A stretch of 64,000 nt of DNA from an uncultured delta proteobacterium (GTDB lineage Bacteria > Desulfobacterota > Desulfobacteria > Desulfobacterales > JAFDCJ01), in assembly GCA_963769935.1 (NCBI GenBank), contig CAVYNY010000034.1, positions 64,001-128,000 of the forward strand, written 5' to 3'. The position numbers and the translations under genes are program-made. The notes beneath the pieces were generated by a model, which was not told where the DNA came from, did not search any database, and was given only the letters and a program-made list of their open reading frames with translations. Positions within the stretch are counted from its first letter, which is position 1; each line of letters starts with the position of its first letter. This document shows positions 19,666-30,980 of this stretch, piece by piece.

Positions 19666-20340
19666 TTATGAGCTTTCAGCACGATCACAATGACATGATT
19701 CACCGCGAGATTTTTCAAACGCTTCTCGTCCTTCCCGGAATGAGAAAATGGCTATAAGGACAGCCCCTATTGAATCAATGCCTCCTATACCGGTTATTTC
19801 ATACCCCACACTGGCTAAGAGTAGGATAAGAGAGAGATAGAGACAGGTTTTAGTACAGTTGGCATCTTCCAAAATAGCATCGGAATTGAGTTGTCTTCCC
19901 ACCTTAACCTTAAAGTGGATCAACGCCCACATCGTGAAAATGGATATCAATGCAATAACAATTCCCCAAAAAGTGGTTTCCGGCCGATGCCCCTGGTAAA
20001 TATTGATGGCGGCAGTGACGGTCAAGCCAGCGGCTAATAGATAAAATGAAATGCCTGTGATTTGAAGCGCTGTTTTTTCAAATGCGCCCGTGTGGGCATC
20101 CATGTCGTTACGTATTCGCCGAACCATATACCAAACACCGATACCGGACACCACCTCAACAAAGGAATCGATTCCAAAACCTAATAAAGAAATCGTCTTA
20201 TCCTCCGCACCGAAAAATACCGATACCACGCCCTCTACAAGATTATAAAATACGGTGATCTGAGCGAGTAACGACGCTCTCTTGTATAAATTTTGCTTCA
20301 CTTGAGTGACTTCGTCGGCTGATGTAGCAGGAATTTTCAT
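19666..20340 (-). CDS. Cation diffusion facilitator-like metal transporter (short, TMEM163-like)
   Basis: YNLVEGVVS, SLLGFGIDSFVE, multiple TM helices, LNSDAILEDANCT, C-terminal CHC. Confidence 0.8.
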   Translation of the reverse strand: MKIPATSADEVTQVKQNLYKRASLLAQITVFYNLVEGVVSVFFGAEDKTISLLGFGIDSFVEVVSGIGVWYMVRRIRNDMDAHTGAFEKTALQITGISFYLLAAGLTVTAAINIYQGHRPETTFWGIVIALISIFTMWALIHFKVKVGRQLNSDAILEDANCTKTCLYLSLILLLASVGYEITGIGGIDSIGAVLIAIFSFREGREAFEKSRGESCHCDRAESS

Positions 20341-20691
20341 TTAGTGTAGTCTTTTTATATTTTATTAAGTACAGATATATTGAGACTATCCCGTTTCGAC
20401 AACCCTTGTGATATTCGATGATTCAGCCGCTAATTTGCCCGAGGTCCGGAAACAGATTTCTTGCCACTATATCCAGCCAGCAATTATTATGGATACAATT
20501 CGTATATCACCTGGTTTAAAAAAATGTCAAAAATTGCTGCGTAATTTAATTGGTTCAATCTATTAACGTAGAAGATCGGTTTTAATTAATCGATTCTGTA
20601 CGCCACTGCAAAAGAACGCGCTCTTCAATTTCAATATTTGCAAAGTCCCTTTTTTTTCGATCTCTTTAATAAATCGGCGAACCCCCATACG

Positions 20692-20994
20692 TTATTGCAG
20701 CGGTTTGAGATCGTCGAGCATGGTCGGTATAAGCTCCGACACGGTGGGATGGATGTGCATGGTCCGCTGGATCGTTGTATAGGGCTGTTTGGCATGCGTG
20801 ATGTCCAGAATGGAATGGATGGCCTCGTCGTCGCCGACGCCTAAGATAGCCGCCCCCAGAATCGCCTCCCAGGCGAAGAAGCGGTAAAACCCGTGGGAGC
20901 GATAATTGTGCAGCGAAAAGCGCGATATCCACACAATTGGAGCCGAGGCGATGATAAATATGATGATCTTGTAATCAGGGGGCACGTAAATCAT
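20692..20994 (-). pseudogene. Chimeric remnant: N-terminus of an ICMT/PEMT-like membrane methyltransferase fused to the C-terminus of a mercuric-reductase-like flavoprotein
   Basis: ..SLHNYRSHGFYRFFAWEAIL joined to ILGAAILGVGDDEAIHSILD..MHIHPTVSELIPTML. Confidence 0.6.
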
Positions 20995-21005
20995 ACTGGC
21001 AGGTC

Positions 21006-22034
21006 CTATCTAATTTTGCAGATTACAATCGTGGTGTCATCGGCCAGCGGTTTGTTGCCGGTGAATTCCTCTAAGCCGCATCTGATTCTCTGAACCACAT
21101 CCCCAACCGGTGTATAATTTACCTGCCGACTCAGCTTAATCAGGCGCTCCCGCCCAAATTCCTGATTTTGAAGGTCCACTGCCTCCGTGACGCCGTCTGT
21201 ATACAACACCAGCAGATCGTCCTCCTGAAGTTCAATCGTTTTCTCCGCGAACTCAGCATCTTCAACCAAACCGATGGCAGCCGCCGTCGGCCACAGCAAC
21301 TCTACGGGCTCTTTTTTACCGTTGGTTTTGAATAAAAGCAGCGGCGGCTGGTGGCCCGCATTGCAAAATGTAAGGGTCCTGGTGGCCGAGTCAAAGGCGC
21401 CTAAGAAAAATGTTACAAATGTTTCGAAACGAATATTGTGGATGAAAAGTTTGTGCAGTTGGCGCATCACCTCGGCGGGCGATTCGTTTTGCGGCACCAA
21501 GGTTCGCAGCAAAGCCTGGATACCGGCCATATGAAGGCTTGCCGATACCCCATGGCCCGCCACGTCGGCTATGGCCAGTCCATGTGATCCGTTGCTGAAA
21601 TCAATGAAATCAAAATAGTCTCCTCCCACAATTTGAGCCGGGCGACTAAACGCAGCTATTTCCAGCCCGGGTATATCAGGTATTTCCTGCGGCAGCAGCA
21701 TTTTTTGCACGTCCTGGGCCAACTCCAGTTCAGTCTCCAGACGACGACGTTCTTCCCTGGATAGATGCTCAATGCACACACAAGCGGTATAATCGACTTC
21801 CAGGAGTTCCTTTTCAACGTCTTCATGGCAACGTTCACACTTGCCCAAGGTTTTCGAGTCGACTTTTGCGATAGTGTCGTCAATCACATCCAAATGGGTA
21901 TGCACCGACTGTTCTTTTGAGGTACCCAACAAGACTTCTTTTTTAACCGGCGACGTTGCGTGAAACCATTCGGAGAGACTGTCTCGCTTTCGAAGCAGAC
22001 CTTGGCGTATACGCTCTAAGACAATAGTGTCCAT
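21006..22034 (-). CDS. PP2C/SpoIIE-family phosphatase with an N-terminal DksA/TraR-like coiled-coil and zinc finger
   Basis: LGKCERCH-x13-CVCIEH, VGGDYFD, IADVAGHG, NAGH, LYTDGVTEA, DDTT. AAGGAGG RBS. Confidence 0.85.
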   Translation of the reverse strand: MDTIVLERIRQGLLRKRDSLSEWFHATSPVKKEVLLGTSKEQSVHTHLDVIDDTIAKVDSKTLGKCERCHEDVEKELLEVDYTACVCIEHLSREERRRLETELELAQDVQKMLLPQEIPDIPGLEIAAFSRPAQIVGGDYFDFIDFSNGSHGLAIADVAGHGVSASLHMAGIQALLRTLVPQNESPAEVMRQLHKLFIHNIRFETFVTFFLGAFDSATRTLTFCNAGHQPPLLLFKTNGKKEPVELLWPTAAAIGLVEDAEFAEKTIELQEDDLLVLYTDGVTEAVDLQNQEFGRERLIKLSRQVNYTPVGDVVQRIRCGLEEFTGNKPLADDTTIVICKIR

Positions 22035-22287
22035 AAGTACCCTCCTTACCTTACCCCAAAATTTTTTGACACGGTGATGCAATCCCAAATATAAGGCTGA
22101 TATATTGAGTTGCCAGCGGCCAATAGAAACTTATAATATATATAACCGGTCCGGTGCATATTTGGATAAAATTTAAGATTCAAGCTGTAATAATCCATGA
22201 TTCACCCCATTGCATTTCCGGGTAATTGAGTTCGTATCAAATCGAGAATCTCTCCGTCATATCCAGCCAAGGAAAAGGGGGAACACA

Positions 22288-22935
22288 ATGACCTTACACG
22301 AAAAAATGACCGCATTTAAAAAGGATTTTGAGGCTAAGGCCCCCAAGGAAGTTCTTGAAATCATGCACCGTGCGCAGCAAACCCTGATAGATTCCGGAGT
22401 CCTGGAGCATGCGCCGAAGCCCGGAGACAAAGCGCCGGATTTTACCCTTGAGAACACCGAAGGCTTACCGGTGGCGCTCGGCGGGCTGCTTGAAAAAGGA
22501 CCTGTCGTGCTGGGTTTCTATCGCGGGCGATGGTGACCTTACTGCAACATGGAGCTGGAGGCTCTGGCCGAAGCGGCTTCGGAAATCGAAGCAGCGGGCG
22601 CGACGCTGGTTCTGATCTCACCCCAAAAAATCGAGCTCAACCGCAAGATGATGGAAGACAAGGGCCTGGCGGCCGTGATGCTGAGCGATCCCGGCAACGA
22701 AACCGCGGCCCGCTATGGGCTTCGATATTACCTGCCCGAAGAGCTAAAGGCGATTTACCGCAAATTCGGCGTCAATTTGGATGTATACAACGAAGACGAC
22801 TCCTGGACGCTTCCGCTGCCGGCAAGACTCATTATCGACCGGCAAGGGCTCATCCGGCATGCGGATATCAGTGCCGACTATACCATCCGTCCTGATCCGC
22901 AGGAAACCATTAAAGAGTTGAAAAAAATCAGGTGA
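22288..22935 (+). CDS. Peroxiredoxin-like (AhpC/TSA family) selenoprotein, UxxC active site
   Basis: ORFs 22210-22536 and 22549-22935 are in the same frame, separated by a TGA at 22534-22536 in FYRGRW-U-PYCN, where this family has WCPYC. Confidence 0.88.
22537..22566 (+). promoter_or_regulatory. Putative bacterial SECIS hairpin
   Basis: Stem TGGAGC/GCTCTG with loop TGGAG. The loop starts 19 nt after the UGA, with G at loop position 2. Confidence 0.55.
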
Positions 22936-22970
22936 CAACCGGTTATTCCGGGACATTCGGGGGAGGCATA

Positions 22971-23327
22971 TTGGATAAACAAGTCATTGAAATAATAAAA
23001 TCCAAGGGAGCGTTCATCTGTGATATGGACGGCGTTATCTATCATGGCAACAGGCTGCTGCCGGGCGTGAAAGAGTTCGTAAAATGGCTGCAGACGGAAA
23101 ACAAGAAATTTTTATTCCTTACCAATTCAAGCGAACGTTCCCCGAAAGAATTACAGGAAAAATTGCAAAGGCTGGGGATTGAAATGGATACGGATATCAT
23201 TGCCGGCATCGAATCAGAGATCACCACCTGCCTGGTGCTCAGCGGCATAACCAGCAGAGAAGAGATTGCCGATTTTCCTTACCGACCTGATTTCGTGCTC
23301 AACGGCGCAATCGACATTGTATCATGA
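22971..23327 (+). pseudogene. HAD-IIA (NagD-like) hydrolase with a large in-frame internal deletion
   Basis: DMDGVIY and LTNSS motifs, then a jump at 23183/23184 to MDTDIIAG..LVLSGIT. The cap domain, motif III and the GD of motif IV are absent (~118 aa vs ~250-260 typical). Confidence 0.7.
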
Positions 23328-23420
23328 TTATTGGTTAATGTTTTATGAAGAATATTTATTGCCGCTGTATAAAATTCGAAAATTATCGAATAAGCACCGA
23401 CCGTCTGATTTTTGTTATCT

Positions 23421-25514
23421 TCAAATCGGTATGGAAATATCAATAGCCGTTCCTTTTCCCGGTTCGGAATGAATTTGAAAATTGCCTTTGCAAATTTCGA
23501 CGCGTTCGCGCATGCTGTGAATCCCAAAGCTCATGAGTGACTGCGCACCCGACATCACTTTCTCCGGTTCAAATCCGCAACCGTCATCTGCAACATGCAG
23601 CCAAATTCCGCCTTTATGATTTGTCAGATTCACATGCACTGCCTTGGCGGCGCTGTGTTTGCCGACATTGTTCAAGGCCTCCTGAACGACACGGTAAAGC
23701 ACCGTCTGAATGGCGTCGGGAATGTCTTCGTCCGCAATGTCAATTTGAGAAACGACCTCGATCTCCGGGTAAAATTGTTCGAAGTGCTGAATGTGTTCGG
23801 CAAGCGCCGCTTTAAGTCCAAAATCGTCCAGGGTCAGCGTGCGCAGTTGCCGTGAAATATTTCTGGTCTCCTTGATGGCCTGTCCCAAGTATGTAACGAT
23901 TTTGTCTAGGGGCATTAAATCCGCGGGCAAGCTCCCGGCCGCAGAGCACGACCTGGCTTCCAGCTGCATTTTGATGGCGGCCAGCGTGCCCGCAATGCTG
24001 TCATGGAGTTCCTTTGAGAGAGACTTGCGGTCGGTTTCCATGGCCTCTATTGTTTTCCGGGAGAGCTGCCTGATAATCGCATTCAGTTCTTCGAGCTTTT
24101 GGTACTGGCTTTCAATTTCAACTGTGCGGTCCTTTACCCGCTGTTCAAGCTCGCGGTTGATTTTTCGCACTTCATCTTCAGCAGCTTTGCGTGCCTCAAA
24201 CAGCTGGGCATTTGCCAATGCTGCGCCCGCGATGCTCGCCATCTGGCCGGCGAAATTTACCTCGGTTACTGTGAACCCATGCAGTGCGCTGTGGTAGTTG
24301 AAAAATATGACACCAAGCGCTTCATCACGAGCAATTAATGGGGTTACCAGCACAGATCGGATTTTATGGCGGTGCAGGTGCTCCCTGTTGAAGCGATCTT
24401 CATTGAACGCGCCGGCCACCGCCACCGGCTGCCGTGATTCCAAAGCCAGAACGGCATGTTTTTTCTGGTCGTCCCCCATCCTTGTCCCGACAAGAACAGA
24501 GGGCATGGCATGCACATGGCTGACAATCCAGTTGCCGCCCTGGCGCAGGTAGACAGATGCGGAATCGCAGCTCAGCAAAGCCGAGCCCTCCTCCACAATC
24601 CGCTGCATGATCTTGCTGAATTCGAGCGTTGAGTGCAACACCTCATGAATGCGGTTGAGCGCCTCGCTGGTTTCCATGCTCTTTTTCAGATTTCTAAACA
24701 GCAGGTCATACGGCCGGGTAAAACCGGTTTCTATTATTGCCATATAAATAAGATAAAAAGAAATAATCTTTAAAAAATGGCCGATTAAATTGGGCAACCC
24801 AAATACGCTGTCATAAAGTGTAAACGACAATTCTGAACCAACTTTTATAATGATGGATGCAATAAGAAGTGTGAAAACATTGGAAGCAAACTCTTTTCTT
24901 TTGTTATACAAAAGAACGATCGAAGTTAATAGAGTAAATGAGATGATATACTCGCTAGTCTTTTTAAATGAGGTTAATCCCCGGCCCTCGACGAAGCAGT
25001 CAGGAAAGATTCTCCATGCAAAAATCGTCAAAAATAAAAAGAAAGTTGCTGCAGAGAAGGCGGCAAATACGGGGGCTGTTTTGATTTCTCGATTAAGTAA
25101 AAACGGAGCAATTATAAGTGAAATGCCTTCCATGTACCTCGCAACGACCCATAGCTGAGTGGGCAGATTGGATCGGGATATACTAAATATTCCCATTCCA
25201 TGGTATGCGAGGGTATGAGCTAAATCTATGCCGGCGATGAAAAGATAAGCTATTCCCAGAAAGAGCAGGTAGTTGTTATCCAGGTATCTGCGCGCATTCC
25301 ACGCAACCATGAAGATCCCACAGGCAACAACAATGCTGAAGATTTCTGCAAGGCTGTGAAATAAAAGGTAGCTATATAGTTTGGAAAGATATAATCCGCA
25401 AAAAATTAATGCTGTGGATATCAGGATTATCCATTTATCAATGGGCGAAGATCCTGTTCTTTTTGAGCCCCAATGTTCCATTTTTCCATCATTCCATGAA
25501 TTATCTTCCGGCAA
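23421..25514 (-). CDS. Sensor histidine kinase (MASE3 membrane domain, GAF, HisKA_3, HATPase); start codon uncertain
   Basis: YSYLLFHSLAEIFS (MASE3), SKELHDSIAG, QEALNNVGKHS, DDGCGF, GIHSMRERV. Confidence 0.88.
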   Translation of the reverse strand: MPEDNSWNDGKMEHWGSKRTGSSPIDKWIILISTALIFCGLYLSKLYSYLLFHSLAEIFSIVVACGIFMVAWNARRYLDNNYLLFLGIAYLFIAGIDLAHTLAYHGMGIFSISRSNLPTQLWVVARYMEGISLIIAPFLLNREIKTAPVFAAFSAATFFLFLTIFAWRIFPDCFVEGRGLTSFKKTSEYIISFTLLTSIVLLYNKRKEFASNVFTLLIASIIIKVGSELSFTLYDSVFGLPNLIGHFLKIISFYLIYMAIIETGFTRPYDLLFRNLKKSMETSEALNRIHEVLHSTLEFSKIMQRIVEEGSALLSCDSASVYLRQGGNWIVSHVHAMPSVLVGTRMGDDQKKHAVLALESRQPVAVAGAFNEDRFNREHLHRHKIRSVLVTPLIARDEALGVIFFNYHSALHGFTVTEVNFAGQMASIAGAALANAQLFEARKAAEDEVRKINRELEQRVKDRTVEIESQYQKLEELNAIIRQLSRKTIEAMETDRKSLSKELHDSIAGTLAAIKMQLEARSCSAAGSLPADLMPLDKIVTYLGQAIKETRNISRQLRTLTLDDFGLKAALAEHIQHFEQFYPEIEVVSQIDIADEDIPDAIQTVLYRVVQEALNNVGKHSAAKAVHVNLTNHKGGIWLHVADDGCGFEPEKVMSGAQSLMSFGIHSMRERVEICKGNFQIHSEPGKGTAIDISIPI

Positions 25515-25568
25515 AGGCGCCCCTCTGGGGTGAATCCGCAGTCTGGCCCTCTGGGCCGGGATTTTCTG

Positions 25569-26312
25569 CTAAACCGGTATTTCGCAGACATCCGCCCCCC
25601 CTAAATAAGCCGCCTGCATCATTTCATTGCACAGCAGGTTTTGGGCGGTGTCGGCCAGAACGATCGACCCGGTTTGCAGCACATAGCCGCGATCGGCAAT
25701 GGAAAGGGCCATGTTGGCATTTTGTTCCACCATAAAGATGGTGGTGCCCTGCTGATTGATATTCCGGATAAGCTCAAATTGCTGATCGACCAGCAAGGGG
25801 GAAAGACCCATGGAGGGTTCATCCATCAACAGAATGTCGGGGTTTGACAGCAGGGCCCGGCCCATGGCCAGCATCTGCTGCTCGCCGCCGCTCAGGGTCA
25901 TGCCGGCCTGGTTGATTCTCTCCCTGAGCCGGGGGAAAAGCTCAAAAATTCTTTCGATATCCTTTTTCACCTGATCATTGTCCGTGCGCAGGTAAGCCCC
26001 GAGTTCCAGGTTTTCAAGCACGGTCATGCGGGGAAAAATCCGGCGGTTTTCGGGCACAATCGCAACTCCTCCGGCAATAATCCGTTTGGTGGGTTTATTG
26101 TCGATCCGCTCGCCGTTTAATTTTACCTCCCCCTGTTTAACCTTGCACACACCTATGATCGTTTTCAGGGTGGTGGATTTGCCCGAAGCATTTCCACCCA
26201 GCAGGCACACCAGCTCTCCGGCATAAACCTTCAGATTGATTCCATACAAGACCTGAATGTTGCCGTAATAGGTATCTACATTTTTAAATTCTAGAATTGG
26301 GCTTTGATTCAT
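25569..26312 (-). CDS. livF: Branched-chain amino acid ABC transporter ATPase
   Basis: GGNASGKST, LSGGEQQMLAMGRAL, LLMDEPSMGL. Confidence 0.9.
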   Translation of the reverse strand: MNQSPILEFKNVDTYYGNIQVLYGINLKVYAGELVCLLGGNASGKSTTLKTIIGVCKVKQGEVKLNGERIDNKPTKRIIAGGVAIVPENRRIFPRMTVLENLELGAYLRTDNDQVKKDIERIFELFPRLRERINQAGMTLSGGEQQMLAMGRALLSNPDILLMDEPSMGLSPLLVDQQFELIRNINQQGTTIFMVEQNANMALSIADRGYVLQTGSIVLADTAQNLLCNEMMQAAYLGGADVCEIPV

Positions 26313-26372
26313 TTATTACTCACCCGGTTGTCGCAGGCTAATTGTTGTTAATAGATGGTGATGAAATTAAAA

Positions 26373-26505
26373 ATTGTAAGTTGTCTGTTGTCAGTGGTCC
26401 GTTTTTGAAAAGGACTTAATTGCTTTTTTACAACATGCAACACGCAACATACAACTCACAACGCAATACAACACGCCACATACAACTTACAACACACAAC
26501 CTGCA
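26373..26505. repeat. Inverted heptamer arrays (TTGTNNG ... CAACNNN)
   Basis: TTGTAAG TTGTCTG TTGTCAG TGGTCCG, then CAACATG CAACACG CAACATA CAACTCA .. CAACTTA CAACACA CAACCTG. Same family as 8371-8630. Confidence 0.8.
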
Positions 26506-26568
26506 AGCGGTATCGAACGGCTGCTCAATTCTGAGTCTCCACCTCGATGAATAGAAACCTCGATTTCG

Positions 26569-28473
<1,905 letters not shown>

Positions 28474-28520
28474 GCTTCTTGATCAAAGCTATTTTTAAAG
28501 TGGGACACGGATTTACACAG

Positions 28521-28670
28521 CGCGGCAGAGCCGCAACCAAATTTTTGTGGGCGATTATGACCGTTTTTGCCCATGCTGAAACTTTATTACAACCTGTTTG
28601 AATTATTAGAATTTCAGCCCTTTCGGCTTATTTTGCTTAATAAAATTTAAAGAATTTTCATATTAGTAGT
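28521..28670. mobile_element. ~150-bp non-autonomous insertion flanked by an ACAG direct repeat, inside a 10-mer array
   Basis: ACACGGATTTAC-ACAG[CGCGGCAGAGCCGC...TAGTAGT]ACAG-ATCTTCACAGAT. Confidence 0.5.
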
Positions 28671-28771
28671 ACAGATCTTCACAGATATATTAAAAAAAAC
28701 GCAAATTCATTTTTATGCAACAGACAACTCACCACTGACAACGATAACTGAGCTTTCAAGCTGAATTATCG

Positions 28772-29704
28772 CTACACTTTCTCCGTCATCTTCTCACCCA
28801 CCAGTCCCCACGGCCTGAAGATCAGAACTGCAATCAGAATTGCAAATGAAACCACGTCCTTGTAAGCTGAAGGGAAAAAAGTGACGGCCAACGATTCGGT
28901 CAGCCCCAGCAAAATACCGCCCAGCATCGCACCGTAAATGCTGCCGATGCCTCCCAGAACCGCAGCGGTAAAACCTTTCAATCCGGCCTGGAAGCCCACA
29001 TAGTAGTCAACCTGAGTGAACAGCAAACCGACCAGGGTGCCGGCTGCTCCCCCCAGTGCGGAGCCGATCAAGAAGACAACCACCACCATGCGGTCCACAT
29101 CGATGCCCATAAATGACGCCGCTTCGATGTCCTGAGCAGTGGCGCGCATGGCTTTGCCGACCTTGGTTTTTTTAATCATGATGGTCAACAGCCCCATGAG
29201 TAGAAACGTAATCCCGATAACCAGAATTCGCATGAAGGAGAAAACAGTCGGGCCGATTTGAATCACCCGCAGGCTTTGCGGTATCAATGAGGCAATGTGA
29301 AATGAACGGACTTTGGCTCCCTGATAGGTCAGCACAAGATTTTGCAAAAAGATGGAAACGCCCAGGGCACTGAGCAGCAAATTCATGCGCGGCGCATTGC
29401 GCAGCGGCCGATACGCGAAACGCTCCGCTAATACACCCACCAGACCCGAGACGGCCATGGCCGCGATGATCATGAGCGCGATAACCGCAACCGCGTTTGC
29501 CAGCAAGTCGTTGCCGCGGGTTAAAAGATGCAATACCCACCAACCGGTAAAGCCGCCGATCATATAAACTTCACCGTGGGCGAAATTGAGCATGCCCAGA
29601 ATGCCGTATACCATGGTATAGCCGATGGCAATCAAGGCATAGACACCGCCCAGCGTCAGGCCGTTGACGAGTTGTTGGGGTAACTGTTGGAGGTATAGAT
29701 CCAA
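28772..29704 (-). CDS. livH: Branched-chain amino acid ABC transporter permease
   Basis: NGLTLGGVYALIAIGYTMVYG..NFAHGE, GKAMRATAQD. Confidence 0.9.
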   Translation of the reverse strand: MDLYLQQLPQQLVNGLTLGGVYALIAIGYTMVYGILGMLNFAHGEVYMIGGFTGWWVLHLLTRGNDLLANAVAVIALMIIAAMAVSGLVGVLAERFAYRPLRNAPRMNLLLSALGVSIFLQNLVLTYQGAKVRSFHIASLIPQSLRVIQIGPTVFSFMRILVIGITFLLMGLLTIMIKKTKVGKAMRATAQDIEAASFMGIDVDRMVVVVFLIGSALGGAAGTLVGLLFTQVDYYVGFQAGLKGFTAAVLGGIGSIYGAMLGGILLGLTESLAVTFFPSAYKDVVSFAILIAVLIFRPWGLVGEKMTEKV

Positions 29705-29797
29705 TTGTTTGCCTTAATTGATTGATAATTAGGCCACACAAGGATTAAAAAAAGGTCCTCACCAACCTATGGGAAAGGACCTTGTTTGCAGATTGTC

Positions 29798-30955
29798 TTA
29801 TTTTCCAGTCATGACCGCAACCTGTTTGAAGTCGTCGCCGCTGACCTGAAAGAAATAGGTCGCGCCGCCTTCCAGATCGCCCTTGCTGTCAAAAGTAACC
29901 GGAAAGCCTAATATGCCGTTATAGTTTTTGGTTTCGTGCAAATACTTCACGACCTCCTGGCGGGTGATATCTCCGTCCGCGGCAGCCTTGTCGACGGCGG
30001 TCAGCAAGATGTTCATCGCCTCGTAGGCGGGGGGGCCAAAGCCGCTGATGCTGCCGTATTTGGCCTCGAATGTTTTGACATAGTTCGCGGCTGCGGGAAT
30101 GGCATACACATCCGGTGCAAAGTGATAGACGTAGGAACCTTCCGCCGCGCCTTCCGCGGCCTGAATGTAGTCTTTTTTGTCCCGTGCACCTTCCGAGCCG
30201 AAAAAGACGGCGTCGATTCCCAATTCTTTGGCCTGGCGAACGCCGATGGCATTATCCGGAGCGGTCGTGGCGATAAAGAAAATAACGTCCGGTTTAAAGG
30301 CTTTAACCTTGGTCAACACCGCCGAATAGTCCTTGGCACCGCCCACAATGGTCTCTTGGGCGATATCTGTGATTCCCAGTTTTTTCAGACCCTTGATGGT
30401 TTCTTTCGCCAAATTTTCGCAGTAGGCGACTTTTTCATTTAAAATGGCGACCCGTTTGGCTTTGAGATATTTTTTAATAAACAGGGCACAGTTCCAGCCG
30501 TGGGCATCATTGCGGGCGTTAACCCTGAAAAAGTTCTTGTAGCCCTGTTCCGTCAGGTCGGGTTTGGAAGCCGAAGTGGTAATCTGGGGCATGTCGGCAG
30601 AAGCGTAAACTTTCAATGTGGCCTGGGCAATGTGGCTCATGGGAGGTCCGATAACGCCGTACATCAGTTCATCGGCCACGAATTTATGGGCCACGTTGAT
30701 TCCCTGGGCCGGATCCATGGCATCATCCCCCATAATATGTTCGATCTTAACCCCCTGGATGCCGCCTTTGGCATTCCATTCGTTAACGGCTATCTGAGCG
30801 GAGTTGAAAATTTCCATGCAGGGCGCCGCCGCATCCCCTGTAAAAGCACCGGCATCGCCGATATGAATACCCTCTTTAACATCTGCGCTGTATCCCACTC
30901 CGGCAAAGACGAACGCCATAAATACTGCTGATATGACTGAAAATGATTTTTTCAT
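29798..30955 (-). CDS. livK: Branched-chain amino acid ABC transporter substrate-binding protein
   Basis: Signal peptide MKKSFSVIS.., LivJ/K-type fold motifs, AGGAGG RBS. Confidence 0.85.
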   Translation of the reverse strand: MKKSFSVISAVFMAFVFAGVGYSADVKEGIHIGDAGAFTGDAAAPCMEIFNSAQIAVNEWNAKGGIQGVKIEHIMGDDAMDPAQGINVAHKFVADELMYGVIGPPMSHIAQATLKVYASADMPQITTSASKPDLTEQGYKNFFRVNARNDAHGWNCALFIKKYLKAKRVAILNEKVAYCENLAKETIKGLKKLGITDIAQETIVGGAKDYSAVLTKVKAFKPDVIFFIATTAPDNAIGVRQAKELGIDAVFFGSEGARDKKDYIQAAEGAAEGSYVYHFAPDVYAIPAAANYVKTFEAKYGSISGFGPPAYEAMNILLTAVDKAAADGDITRQEVVKYLHETKNYNGILGFPVTFDSKGDLEGGATYFFQVSGDDFKQVAVMTGK

Positions 30956-30980
30956 ACTACCCTCCTTTTGGGGTCCAATG

